Part shown: in pieces, positions 1 through 10,769 of the stretch
Layout: every line of letters begins with the position of its first letter
Position numbering within the stretch: the stretch's first letter is position 1
The notes under the pieces: generated by a model
Databases searched by the model: none
Told to the model about the DNA's origin: nothing
What the model saw: the letters and a program-made list of their open reading frames with translations, nothing else
Made by a program: the position numbers and the translations under genes
Origin: Macrostomum hystrix
Lineage: Eukaryota; Animalia; Platyhelminthes
Length of the DNA: 64,000 bases
Reading direction: 5' to 3'
Assembly: GCA_950097015.1 (NCBI GenBank)
Contig: CATNEN010000003.1
Location: forward strand, 8,494,001 to 8,558,000

Positions 1-107
1 CCACGTCAAGGCCGGATTATTATAGACCGATGGTAAAGAAGGCCCAGACAGGAACACTGTGGAGTGATTACAGTTTTACGTAAAATCGATACCATAAAAC
101 CTATAGT

Positions 108-155
108 GTAGTGTGTGCTCAGGAGTCAGCGGAATGGGCAGAATTGCCTCCCGCT
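108..155 (+). mobile_element. Short fragment of SINE family A (3' body)
   Basis: GTGTGCTCAGGAGTCAGCGGAATGGGCAGAATTGC matches 25740-25775 and 32337-32370. Confidence 0.7.
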
Positions 156-959
156 GTTTGCAGGTTATTGTTAATAAAGTTATCGAAAAATCTCACGTGT
201 GGCACAGACGTTCAGGATTGCAACAGCACATACAATGGCTGTTACGAACACGGTAGTTCCGCGAAGCATATCAAGATACACGTATTCGTATTCGAGCAGT
301 GATAGACGGACACCTAGGACCAACCTTGCTCTTTTTATGTCTGCTGCTTCTCAAATAAATTAGCAGGAAAGCTATGCTTGTCCTCGCAGAAAATCATTAA
401 TTTGTGGATATTCTTCAAGAGGCATATTGCAGTGTTTGCTTTCAACAAAAACTGGAGTGACGTACTAGACAAAAATTGAATGCGAACGATGCGTTATTGA
501 AGTGCGGGAATTATATCCACGCTAATTAAACTTGAATACAGTCAGTTAGTTGAGACGACTAGATCCACTTCCCTCGCTGCTATAGAACTCAATTATCCAG
601 ATCATAATTTGGCAAGCTTAACAAGCTGTCTAACTCGAGACAGACGTCGGACCATTGACCCGAGACCCACTCATTCATCATGTCAATTCTAAAATCTGAT
701 GAAAAGCTTTCATACGCTGCTCTGAAAAGGATAGTCTGAGGTGCAAGTTAAAATTAGTCGCCACGCATAAGTATCGCTTGTTAGCTATCATGGTCTGCTA
801 ACACGTTTACACATAAAACGTATTCTTTATTACACAATTAGTTTCTCAGTTCGATACCCGTTGGAGACAAAGGACACAGAACTCAAGCAAGCTAAGTCAC
901 TTCTATTACTCCTTTAAGCAATATTATTCGGACGAAAAATATTTACAACAAATATGCAA

Positions 960-1500
960 ACCGGAGTTGAGACGCACCATATCCTCGTTTAGACTTGGAA
1001 ACCATAAGCTTGCGAAACATTGCGAACTGCGAAAATTCCGTATGAGAATATATTATGTAGTAAGTGCAAAACGGAAGTTGAAAACGAGGTCCACTTCCTT
1101 TTTAAGTGCAGTTGGAATATGTATAGCGCCGCACGTTCGAATTTTGAAAATAACATTTCTGGGAAAACTCCCAATTTCGCACCCTTAACAGCAGAAGAGA
1201 AATCTAACTGACATAATGGCACAATACGAAAGGGAAACCACTGAAGCTTTAGCGAAGTACATCATAGAAATCTCGAAAATAATTAAGGGAACAGCTGCCC
1301 TAAAAAGCTTCGAGCTCGTGTTAACATTTAACAATATTTACATTTATTTTTTTATTCCTGGTGTCCCTTGTGTTTTTATTGTTTTTATTTTTAATACATT
1401 TGCTTTTCCCTTCCCAGCTCGTCCAAAATTCCTATATTCCTACAATACTTTGCTTTTTATGTTTTTGTTGTCGAGTAAAATATTGTGAAATATATATATA
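960..1500 (+). mobile_element. Degenerate 3' end of a non-LTR retrotransposon (LINE ORF2 C-terminus)
   Basis: Frameshifted peptides RRTISSFRLGNHKL and CSKCKTEVENEVHFLFKC (CxxC...E..HFL..C zinc-binding C-terminal motif of LINE ORF2), followed by an AT-rich (TA)n tail near 1490. Confidence 0.7.
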
Positions 1501-2222
1501 AAAGAAAAAATCAGCACCCATAGATGGCTTGCGCGTTTTATTAATAATTAATAATAACATAAATTAAAAAAACAGCTGAACTCAATCGAGTCGGCAGTAT
1601 GCACGTATGTTCGATGTATTCGATGTATAGTATCACTATAAAGTACTTTGCATCACTTGACAGAAATGTTTTCGAGAATGCATAGTCTTTGGACAAAACC
1701 ATCTACGAGTCATGACTAAAATTATGGTCTTACCCACAGACAACTGTAACTTATCCATATCGCATCCATAACTTAGTCTGAGCGTGCAGTAATACACCAT
1801 AGACTCAAAATGTCTATGGCCTATTGTCTATGGGCGCACTCGTGGACTAGACATTGAAGCACTCAAACCGACTGTTATACCCCTCATTCTCTCGTAACAT
1901 ATATTGAACCTTTTAATAATTTTTATGGGACACTGGAACTGCTACACACAATCTTGTTTTCGAACTTTTCAACACTTCTAAAAATGTACCATACTTTAAG
2001 CTATATTTGATGTATAAGCTTTAGACCAATTGAATACTTCAAGTCACATATAAAAAGACACGATGCAGGCAAATATAAATAGCTGTAAAAGCTAAACAGT
2101 TCAAATTTTGGAATAATAAACTTTTCGTTAGTCTAGTGATGATTTTTGTGACTAAAAATAATCAGCAATTCAATCGCGTTCTTCGAAAATAGGTCGAAAA
2201 TTCCCGGCTCGCACGGCGTCCA

Positions 2223-2975
2223 TCAGTCTAACGGAGACACGCATTCGCACAGCACGCCGAACGATGTCGAAACAGACCCCGTGTAGTCAACCAGGCCCGC
2301 AATGCCGCTGTACATTGCAACCTCATTTTCGAAGCTACCAGAATTGTCTGGCTGATTCAAACCCCACAGCCTGCCGTCGAGAGTGATGTCGCAGCCGACC
2401 CAGTACCAGCCGCCACTTGGTTCCGGACTGCCGGGTCTCTGCAAGCCGCCCAACCAAAAGTGACCTCCTGGGCTGAGGGCTTTAACTTGGTCCATTTCGG
2501 TCGAGTTCAGCACATCGGCCATGATCACCAGACCGCTCTCCGACTCGCACTTCTGCCTGCTCATCGACCAGTTCCCAGTGCCAGAGTACAGCTTGTACTT
2601 CACTCCGCACAGGTCGTCTCCGTAGCCAGTCGGACACAGCTGGCCAGCCTCAAGTCCCGGCTGCTGTTTCACAAACACCTGGCCTCTCCTGGAGCAGCTG
2701 CAGTCCCTCACCGACTTGCTGCACTTGTCGAACACGAACAGCTGACATGGACCGTCAGCCATGGTGAAGGCCTGGCAGCGCGGGTCGCGGCTGCAGTGGG
2801 CTGCGCAAATGATTTCGCTTAATCTATTTTCGATGATCTGGATAAAAAAATTATGTTGAATACAGAGGCTGGCCTGAATTGCGGTGTAGGCTTGCATGTT
2901 GGCGCTCAGAAACAAACAAAGAATGACCAGTGAGGCCAGGAGCTCTGAGCTGCCGATGTCTACCTTGAAACGCAT
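2223..2975 (-). CDS. Secreted PAN/apple-like + C-type lectin domain protein, copy 1 (single exon)
   Basis: 250-aa ORF with a hydrophobic signal, CAAHCSRDPRCQAF (PAN-like), and CTLD motifs W...RQKC, FWLGG, WYW, QPDN, VLCEC. Confidence 0.85.
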   Translation of the reverse strand: MRFKVDIGSSELLASLVILCLFLSANMQAYTAIQASLCIQHNFFIQIIENRLSEIICAAHCSRDPRCQAFTMADGPCQLFVFDKCSKSVRDCSCSRRGQVFVKQQPGLEAGQLCPTGYGDDLCGVKYKLYSGTGNWSMSRQKCESESGLVIMADVLNSTEMDQVKALSPGGHFWLGGLQRPGSPEPSGGWYWVGCDITLDGRLWGLNQPDNSGSFENEVAMYSGIAGLVDYTGSVSTSFGVLCECVSPLD

Positions 2976-3636
2976 TCCGAGTTGTAATTAAAAACTCAGA
3001 ACTCTTGGATAAAACTGTTGAAATGTGTAGAAAATTCAAATAAAAGTAGCATTATTTTAACTGCACCTTGAAAGCTTAAATAGTTTTACTTTCTACCTCC
3101 TTCCCTCCCAATGTTTCATTCGAGATTTCATTGTAGAGAAGCATTGAAAAAGTCTAAATTTAAATGTAACATTATTGGGACTTAAGCAGACTTTAATACG
3201 CATTTTTTAGAAGACTGACACGCTTAAAATGCTTTAAGTATAGATATTTTCTTGCTTTCAAGCACAAAAACATTCATTTCTCATTTTTAGCGTCTTCTCA
3301 ATGTCTATCCAGAGGAAGGTTGATGCATTTTCAGGACCCCATTAAATGGCTGCATTTAGTGTATTTACACCGCTTCAGTCAATAAACTGGGGGCAGCCGC
3401 AAACAACTCCTGGAAAACACATTAAAATCCTTTTTTAAGAGGCACAACAATAAATTCATTATTTCTTCACATGAGAAGTATCGTATTGCTTGCTTGTCAG
3501 CGAGCATCACTAGTTTATTTTTTAACAACTACTGACTTCTCAGTAGTGTATCACGAATTTCGACGATTCAAAATATAACTGTCTGATAAGTGATAATGTA
3601 AATTACTTTCCATAAATAATTCCTTGACGACCAGGC

Positions 3637-4386
3637 TCAAAGAAGCGGAGACACGCACTCGCACAGGACACTTGAGACATAGTTCTCATATCCGTTGAAG
3701 TCATTCAGCAAGTTCGATCCTGACCAGCGGCCCAACACATTCTCGTCATCCATGAAGTTATCGAATCCGCTGGTCAGGCCGCTGTCAAGGTCGATGTTGC
3801 AAATTGGCCAGAACCAGCCGCCTGACGGCTCCTGACTGCCTTGACTTTGCATGCCGCCCAGCCAGAATGATTGGTCATAGCTTCTGATGCTGTAAATCAT
3901 GTTCACGTGGTCCAACTCAACTTGGTCCATCACATCGGCCATGATCACCAGACCGCTCTCCGATTCACACTTATAAAAGCCATCCAACCATTCCTGGGTG
4001 TTGTTGTAAAACCTATACTTCACTCCGCACAGGTCGTCTCCGTAGCCAGTCGGACACAGCTGGCCAGCCTCGAGTCCCGGCTGCTGCTTCACAAACACCT
4101 GGCCTCTCCTGGAGCAGCTGCAGTCCCTCACCGATTTGCTGCACTTGTCGAACACGAACAGCTGACACGGACCGTCAGCAATGGTGAAGGCCTGGCAAAG
4201 CTTGTTAATCACGCATTGTAGCGAACAGCCACTGGTACTTCTCTCGCCTAAATAGCTCTGCACGAATTCATTTCTGATACAAAGTTTTCCATCTATAGCA
4301 TGGAAATTATTAGAGTAAAAGAAACTGTAGCAGAGGCCGAAGGATGCAATCACTAACAGGACTGCGTACGTGAGTTTTGTTGCCAT
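3637..4386 (-). CDS. Secreted PAN/apple-like + C-type lectin domain protein, copy 2 (single exon)
   Basis: 249-aa ORF with a signal peptide, CSLQCVINKLCQAF, FWLGG, LNDF, VLCEC; tandem paralogue of 2223-2975. Confidence 0.85.
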   Translation of the reverse strand: MATKLTYAVLLVIASFGLCYSFFYSNNFHAIDGKLCIRNEFVQSYLGERSTSGCSLQCVINKLCQAFTIADGPCQLFVFDKCSKSVRDCSCSRRGQVFVKQQPGLEAGQLCPTGYGDDLCGVKYRFYNNTQEWLDGFYKCESESGLVIMADVMDQVELDHVNMIYSIRSYDQSFWLGGMQSQGSQEPSGGWFWPICNIDLDSGLTSGFDNFMDDENVLGRWSGSNLLNDFNGYENYVSSVLCECVSPLL

Positions 4387-4746
4387 GCTCTTCTAGGAAG
4401 CAATTTAACAATCTAGCTTTTCTCTCTCAATCGATCACTGACTTTTATAGTCGTTGCTTCGACGATTGACAACCAATGATGTTTCGAGTTCCAGTGTAAA
4501 TTAAATGGCATCTTGTATTTTAAATTGCTTAGATTTTTACGCGAGAATGTAATTTTACAGGAACCTGCTTTGTATTCCTCGCTTTTATGGCTCCCTAGTA
4601 ACTAGCCCATAAAAGAATTAAAACAATCCGAGTGCTTGTAAACTTTTGCCTAATTTGATTAAAATTGTCTCGTAGAAGCGGCAACATCAAAGACATTTCC
4701 GGCTAGACATCCTGCGCCTGACTTAAGCGCAATTGTACCTATACTT

Positions 4747-5330
4747 ACTTACTTACTTTGCAGGGGGGCCTGGGGCACTTGACGCACAAACACATGAACG
4801 GCATGCCCCCAGGCCGGCGAACTAGGCGAGAGCCGCCCATCGCGCCGCCTCCCCTGAGCAGGCACCTCACACACACAGTAGCAAGCCAAGCGGGGAAGGG
4901 GGCGGCAGCCGGAGTGCCTCTCACCCCAGGCCCGCACACGCACAGAGCAGACCAAGCCGGGGCGGAAGGCTGATAGAAATCAGTCCTCAGGGGGGGGCGG
5001 GTGACGAGTGTACACTTTATCCAATCGCGCTGACGGAAATCCAGATGAGCGCGCGGCGGTGTACACCCGCCCCCCAGCCACCCCCCGCAAGGTCTAACGC
5101 CCCAGCGCCAACGCACACAACTCACACAACGCAGAACAGGCACACAGAAAGGTAGGAGCGAAGCTATTTTTCAAGCTTTGATTGCACGAAATATGGTGCA
5201 CCTCCGCCGGTCGCTACTGTCCAACCCCCCCCAACAAGTACCGAAATTAATCGTGACCTGAAGGGTGAATCGAACTAGCGTCCTTTGGAGTGCGAGGCAG
5301 CGACGTTAGCCGCTGACCCCCCTCGCCCCT
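4747..5330 (-). mobile_element. Full-length tRNA-derived SINE (family B), ~584 bp
   Basis: Perfect 18-bp TSD GCAATTGTACCTATACTT at 4729-4746 and 5331-5348. The minus-strand head is tRNA-like with B-box GTTCGATTC, the body is GC-rich, and the tail is (AAGT)n. Confidence 0.9.
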
Positions 5331-5863
5331 GCAATTGTACCTATACTTGTATGAAATTTCTATGCGGATTATTATTTTTTATGCAACTTACAGGTTTTAT
5401 ACAGCTTTTCTGTCTCATCTACAGCGCTAACAAAACGTAGATTTTTAGTCGATTGAATAATTTTTTAGTTGGTTCAAAAAATACACTCGACATCGTTACA
5501 CGATGGAATTTTGTGAGCTAACAAATAAAGCAATATATGCAGATGGTTTTCGCCAGCAGAAAACCGGACGACAATCGTAGAATATCTCGAATTTCAGCCT
5601 GTGTTCTAAATTTTCATGATGGTTTTTTTTGGAGATACAGAAAGAAATGGATATTTGAAATACTCAGTGGTCTTTCTAGTCTGAATTAGTGAAATGATCG
5701 TTATTTTAATTGCGTTTTCACTTACAGTTTGCAAACCTTTCTGCGACGATGTGCTAAAGTTTCTATTTAAAGGCTGTCTAAATATTTTAGTTAATTCATG
5801 GACCCGAGACAAGACATTATAGAGAACTGAAAATATGCAGGGAATGCGTGCAGTAAGACTGGC

Positions 5864-7168
5864 TCTCTGTTGCTGCGGGGACATTAGTTCTCTGTTGCTG
5901 CGGGGACATTAGTTCTCTGTTGCTGCGGGGACATTAGTTCTCTGTTGCTGCGGGGACATTAGTTCTCTGTTGCTGCGGGGACATTAGTTCTCTGTTGCTG
6001 CGGGGACATTAGTTCTCTGTTGCTGCGGGGACATTAGTTCTCTGTTGCTGCGGGGACATTAGTTCTCTGTTGCTGCGGGGACATTAGTTCTCTGTTGCTG
6101 CGGGGACATTAGTTCTCTGTTGCTGCGGGGACATTAGTTCTCTGTTGCTGCGGGGACATTAGTTCTCTGTTGCTGCGGGGACATTAGTTCTCTGTTGCTG
6201 CGAAGAGCATTTTCTTAGTTGCTATGGGGACTTTAGTTTTTAATTGCTAGGGGGGGAATTAGTGCTTGGTTGCTAGGGAGCATTAGGTTTTTGCTACTGA
6301 GGGGCATTAGTTCCCAGTTGCTGGGGCATTAGTTCCAATTTGCTTGGGGGCATTAGTTCTGAGTTGCTAGGGGCATTAGTTCTTAGTTGCTAGGGGCATT
6401 AGTTCTTAGTTGCTAGGGGGCATTAGTTCTTAGTTGCTAGGGGGCATTAGTTCTTAGTTGCTAGGGGGCATTAGTTCTTAGTTGCTAGGTTGCATTAGTT
6501 CTTAGTTGCTAGGGGGCATTAGTTCTTAGTTGCTAGGGGGCATTAGTTCTTAGTTGCTAGGGGGCATTAGTTCTTAGTTGCTAGGGGGCATTAGTTCTTA
6601 GTTGCTAGGGGGCATTAGTTCTTAGTTGCTAGGTTGCATTAGTTCTTAGTTGCTAGGGGGCATTAGTTCTTAGTTGCTAGGGGGCATTAGTTCTTAGTTG
6701 CTAGGGGGCATTAGTTCTTAGTTGCTAGGGGGCATTAGTTCTTAGTTGCTAGGTTGCATTAGTTCTTAGTTGCTAGGGGGCATTAGTTCTTAGTTGCTAG
6801 GGGGCATTAGTTCTGTGCTGCTGCTGGGGAGTTCTTTGCGGTTCCCCATTCCAGACTTCTGATCCCCATTCCAGACTTCTGATCCCCATTCCAGACTTCT
6901 AATCCCCATTCCAGACTTCTGATCCCCATTCCAGACTTCTGATTCCCATTCCAGACTTCTGATCCCCATTCCAGACTTCTGGTCCCCATTCCAGACTTCT
7001 GATCCCCATTACAGACTTCTGATCCCCATTCCAGACTTCTGGTCCCCATTCCAGACTTCTGATCCCCATTACAGACTTCTGGTCCCCATTCCAGACAATT
7101 CTGATCCCCATTACAGACTTCTGATCCCCATTACAGACTTCTGGTCCCCATTCCAGACTTCTGATCCC
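5864..7168. repeat. Compound minisatellite: 25-mer TTAGTTCTCTGTTGCTGCGGGGACA, then 24-mer TTAGTTCTTAGTTGCTAGGGGGCA, then 20-mer GATCCCCATTCCAGACTTCT
   Basis: Tandem units read directly from the sequence. Confidence 0.95.
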
Positions 7169-7782
7169 TTCAGTACGGTACAGTCTTGTTAATCTTATTA
7201 CATAGAAGCCACCAGAGGGGCCAAGGGCTCGTAAAGTATACTATATTCTACTATAGACATTGCTGCCAGAACATTGAAGCTAACTTTTGGCATCTTGTTT
7301 GCTTCTGTCACCCGGATTTCTGGGTGAGTCTTGAGCAGTGCACGAAGAGTGCTGGAGAAAGTTACGAGGATGAAGTGAGAACTTAGGAAGCACCCACGCA
7401 AGATAAGTGTTATTGCGCGAGATTGTGCTCCAAACAATCAAGGGGCTTCAGCTGCTGTCGCGTGTGATGTTACCTCAAGGCAGTGCTACTACTGTGAAGG
7501 CACAGCAGTAGCATGTATAGGGTTTCCAAATGTTTTCAATACATCTACCCTGAATTTTTAATCGTCTTTTGGTTTGGCCACCATGGGCGCGAATTCCATG
7601 AAAAACGCCCAAGCCTTGTTTCTATAGGACCTCGGTGCGAGAGTGGGACGCGTTACTGCTCAAACCGCTCATCCCTTTTGTGAGTAGAAGATGCTATTCT
7701 CCAATCTGTTGCCAACTCAGTCAATAAAATTTAATCATTCGCACTAAGAAAGAAAAAACGAACCATTAAAATCTACATTAAT

Positions 7783-8025
7783 TGTGAGAGATACAATTCA
7801 GACTACTTACAACAGTAGAAAAGCAAAGATTTGGCTGCAAAACTCTCACATAACACTAAAAAAATATCGCCATAAAAATAGCAAGCTTAAAAGATACTTC
7901 TGGGCACACTGAGAGTGGTTTCTGGCTTGTTTGCCTTCGTCAGTCAGCCATAGCCACACGCCATCCTCTCCCACCGGTCTCGGTCTGCCAGCGCGAGGTT
8001 CGTTCCCCACTTTTAGTGTGTTACA
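7783..8025 (+). mobile_element. Solo-LTR-like element, copy 1 (hammerhead core inverted)
   Basis: TGT...ACA termini with flanks TTAAT/TGAAT (5-bp TSD, 1 mismatch). Reverse-complement homologue of 44633-44873, except that 7920-7972 is inverted. Confidence 0.8.
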
Positions 8026-8404
8026 TGAATGATTAAAAATGGTTTGCTTGGAGGCAAAGAACGTATCCCGCTTCCGTATAGCTTAACGGTGAAAAAAAGC
8101 TTTTAATGGACAATTAAGCATGGATGTTAAGCAAATAATGAAAGCTAACCGCACAGACGAGGGCCAAATTCAACAGAGCACATGTGCTCACAGTAAAGAC
8201 TTGCTTCAGTCTGAAAAAAATCGCTTCCGTACGAGTTTAAAATTGCCGAGGTAAATGATTTAAATTCGAATTTATCTTGCTCAGCATAACAAAACAAAGA
8301 AAATATAGATGAGAAGATAAAAATGCGTCTATATAATGCAAAGACACACTTTTAGTCGATAAATGTACACTCTAACTATACATTTTTAATCATCCGGTAG
8401 CAAC

Positions 8405-8549
8405 ATACGCCTCCCAGAATGAATTTCCAGCACTGTAGCTTGAGTAGATCTAGTCCACACGGCTCATCTCGGTAGCGTCGGTCACATCGGCCATGATCAC
8501 CAGACCGCTCTCGGACTTGCACTTCTGCCTGCGACCAGTTCCCAGTGCC
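8405..8549 (-). pseudogene. C-type lectin pseudogene fragment
   Basis: Reads GTGNWS-(5-nt deletion)-RQKCKSESGLVIMADVTDATEMSRVD*IYSSYSAGNSFW; near-identical to 2511-2582 over its 5' part. Confidence 0.85.
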
Positions 8550-9365
8550 TCAGTTCCTCAGCCGCCTGCCCGCAAGGCAACGCAGGAAGCGTTCAGCTCG
8601 AAGCCGAGACAGCATAGCGGTGGCGCGGCTCTCGCTACGCGGTGGGTGACGCCGTGGGGATCGGCCGCCTGCGTACGTCTCGTAAACCCTAGTCTTTGTC
8701 GCCTGTTCAATGGCCCAGTGCGTCTCCTGGAGGCTCACATTGGTGTCTATCTTGACGACCAGCTGCGGTAGTTCAGCTGCAACCTGCTCGTTGCTTCGCA
8801 GCCCGCAACGGCCCGGCGCTAACTGGACACACAACGGCCCGGCGACAGCCGTGGTCGCAGCGCAGCCTGGAGAACGAGCGCACGTTGGGCCGCCATCGAA
8901 GGCATGGATGAGAAACTTGTCTACGGCTGCCACTTTTCGGCGGCGGACCTGTTCGGCTTTGGCCGACATAGTGCAGCCACCATGCACCGAAGTCTTTGCA
9001 AGGAAGCTCCTCATCAATGACTGTCGCGTTCTCCGCGGCCATCGACCACCCCCCTCCAACGACGCGTCTGTAGTGCTATCGAACCGTGCCGCAAGGGCCA
9101 ACCGAATTGAGCACCGGAGTAAAAACTGCCTCGCCAAGTACGTCACGAATGCGTGCTTTCAGCTCGTCGTGGCGTCGATGCCGCTCGACGCCGCGATTAC
9201 AGGTCGTAGGGCGCGTTCGCCGAGTTCGTCCAGCTTTTCTCGGCATTCGCTGACTCTCGGAGCCTCGACCGGCTGGCAGAGCCGCAAGCTGGTGGTCGTT
9301 GACAGCATTGTTTGTTCGGCAAGCGTGTGCCCCCACCAGGCTGCAAGGAATTGCACTACGAAACT
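8550..9365 (-). other. GC-rich, coding-like degenerate segment of unknown origin
   Basis: High GC with several overlapping frameshifted ORFs and no recognisable motif; abuts the truncated lectin fragment. Confidence 0.3.
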
Positions 9366-9740
9366 CCCTTAATGTCTTGTTTTGTGACACAATGTGTAAG
9401 TCTTCTTTAGTCGTATCGTCAATTGAATAAGTTGGCGGAGCAGCAAAAAAGCACAAAAGGCCGATGGATTTTGTGCTGCCATTAAGAAACAGAGAGGCCG
9501 GAAAAAGTAACCAAACATTTTCTGCAATTCAGGGCGCAATCCAGCAGTGAATTCTGAGAATAAAAAAGAATTGGCTAAAACTGTCTGACATAAATTTTGA
9601 ACCAATATCAACTCTCGTGTATTGTGGCTGGGTAGATGTTGATAGCAGTGATTAAGATACACAAATCAAAGTGACGCTCAGCCTGACAATCAACTCTTAT
9701 CACTCCGAGTTTTCAGGGTCTTTTTCAATTCCATGTCGAA

Positions 9741-10769
9741 CTAGTTGGTGCCTTGGTGGGCTTTCTCCTCGTATTGTGGAGGCAGCTGGCCAACTTCAAA
9801 CGCAGATAGCAGCTCAACGGTGGCATCGGAGAGCCAGTACACAGCCGGGCTGGACTTGTTCAGCCCAATTTCGATGCTATTCTCACCGATGCGATAGAAG
9901 CTGGAGTCGATGCAGAACTCCTGCCAGCCAAAGTTGTCTCTGGGTGTCAGAGCGTATGCCTGCGCGGTTGGGTTCGAGTTTTATTGAGAACTTGGTCCTA
10001 TAGTCCTTTTTTGTTCATTACACACTAGTACGAACTGCTGGGATACGACACAGGAAAGCACAGACGGAATAGATCAGACATTGAAGAATTTGGAGAGATA
10101 ATGTATGTGAGACATTAGCATTGGAAAGTTGAGACTAGTGTCTTTGAAGACATTGGATAAGACATGTCCAATCCTTAACAAGACATTGGGTGGATAAGAC
10201 ATTGGGGGGTGAGAAATTGTGGGGATGAGACATTTTTACAGACCAGAGAGTAAAGAAATGATTCAGTAGAGAGATAAGAACGTAGATGAATGAAAGGAGA
10301 GAGATGAGACACGAGAGAGATAAAACAGAAGAGCGGTATAAAAGGAGGGAGACGAGACGGCGTAAGAGATGAGGTACTACATGGAGAGATAAGAAAAGGA
10401 AATTTGACGGTTAGAAGGGCCGAGGACTGATATAAGAGCTTTTCAGGCCTTTATGCAACATATAGTTCAGCAATCTATATTACATGTGGAACGAACAGAT
10501 CTCACCTTCATCAGAGTTTTGCCATTTATAGCTATGTTAATCAGCGCGTGGGACGTTGTACGACAATGATGCAGGCGTAAGGCAACTAGACAAAATTCTT
10601 TGCCCGAAGGAATCGTGAGCTTTAGCGTTGCCATGCTCGATCCTGGAGTGCCGAGAATCGTGTACGGTCGCTCCGGACGATAATAGCTGGTTTGGGTTGC
10701 ATTGTTAAGAATTGCACCCTCTATGGTGGCTTGGCTGAAGTCAAAGCAGGCAATTTGAATTCTCGACAT
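9741..10769 (-). CDS. Two-exon 160-aa protein of unknown function, predicted beta-sandwich
   Basis: Exon1 10769-10506 (donor AAG|GTGAG) and exon2 9959-9741 (acceptor CGCAG|) join in phase 0 with no internal stop: ...INIAINGKTLMK|AYALTPRDNFGWQEFCIDSSFYRIGENSIEIGL... Confidence 0.7.

Noticed and set aside
4741-4770. ATACTTAC...GCAGGGG resembling the U1 snRNA 5' end
   Set aside because: It is the reverse complement of the SINE (AAGT)n tail plus TSD; no further U1 similarity.
7560-7680. Peptide ATMGA...LFL*DLGARVGRVT resembling a retrotransposon endonuclease C-terminus
   Set aside because: Too short and degenerate to support without a search.
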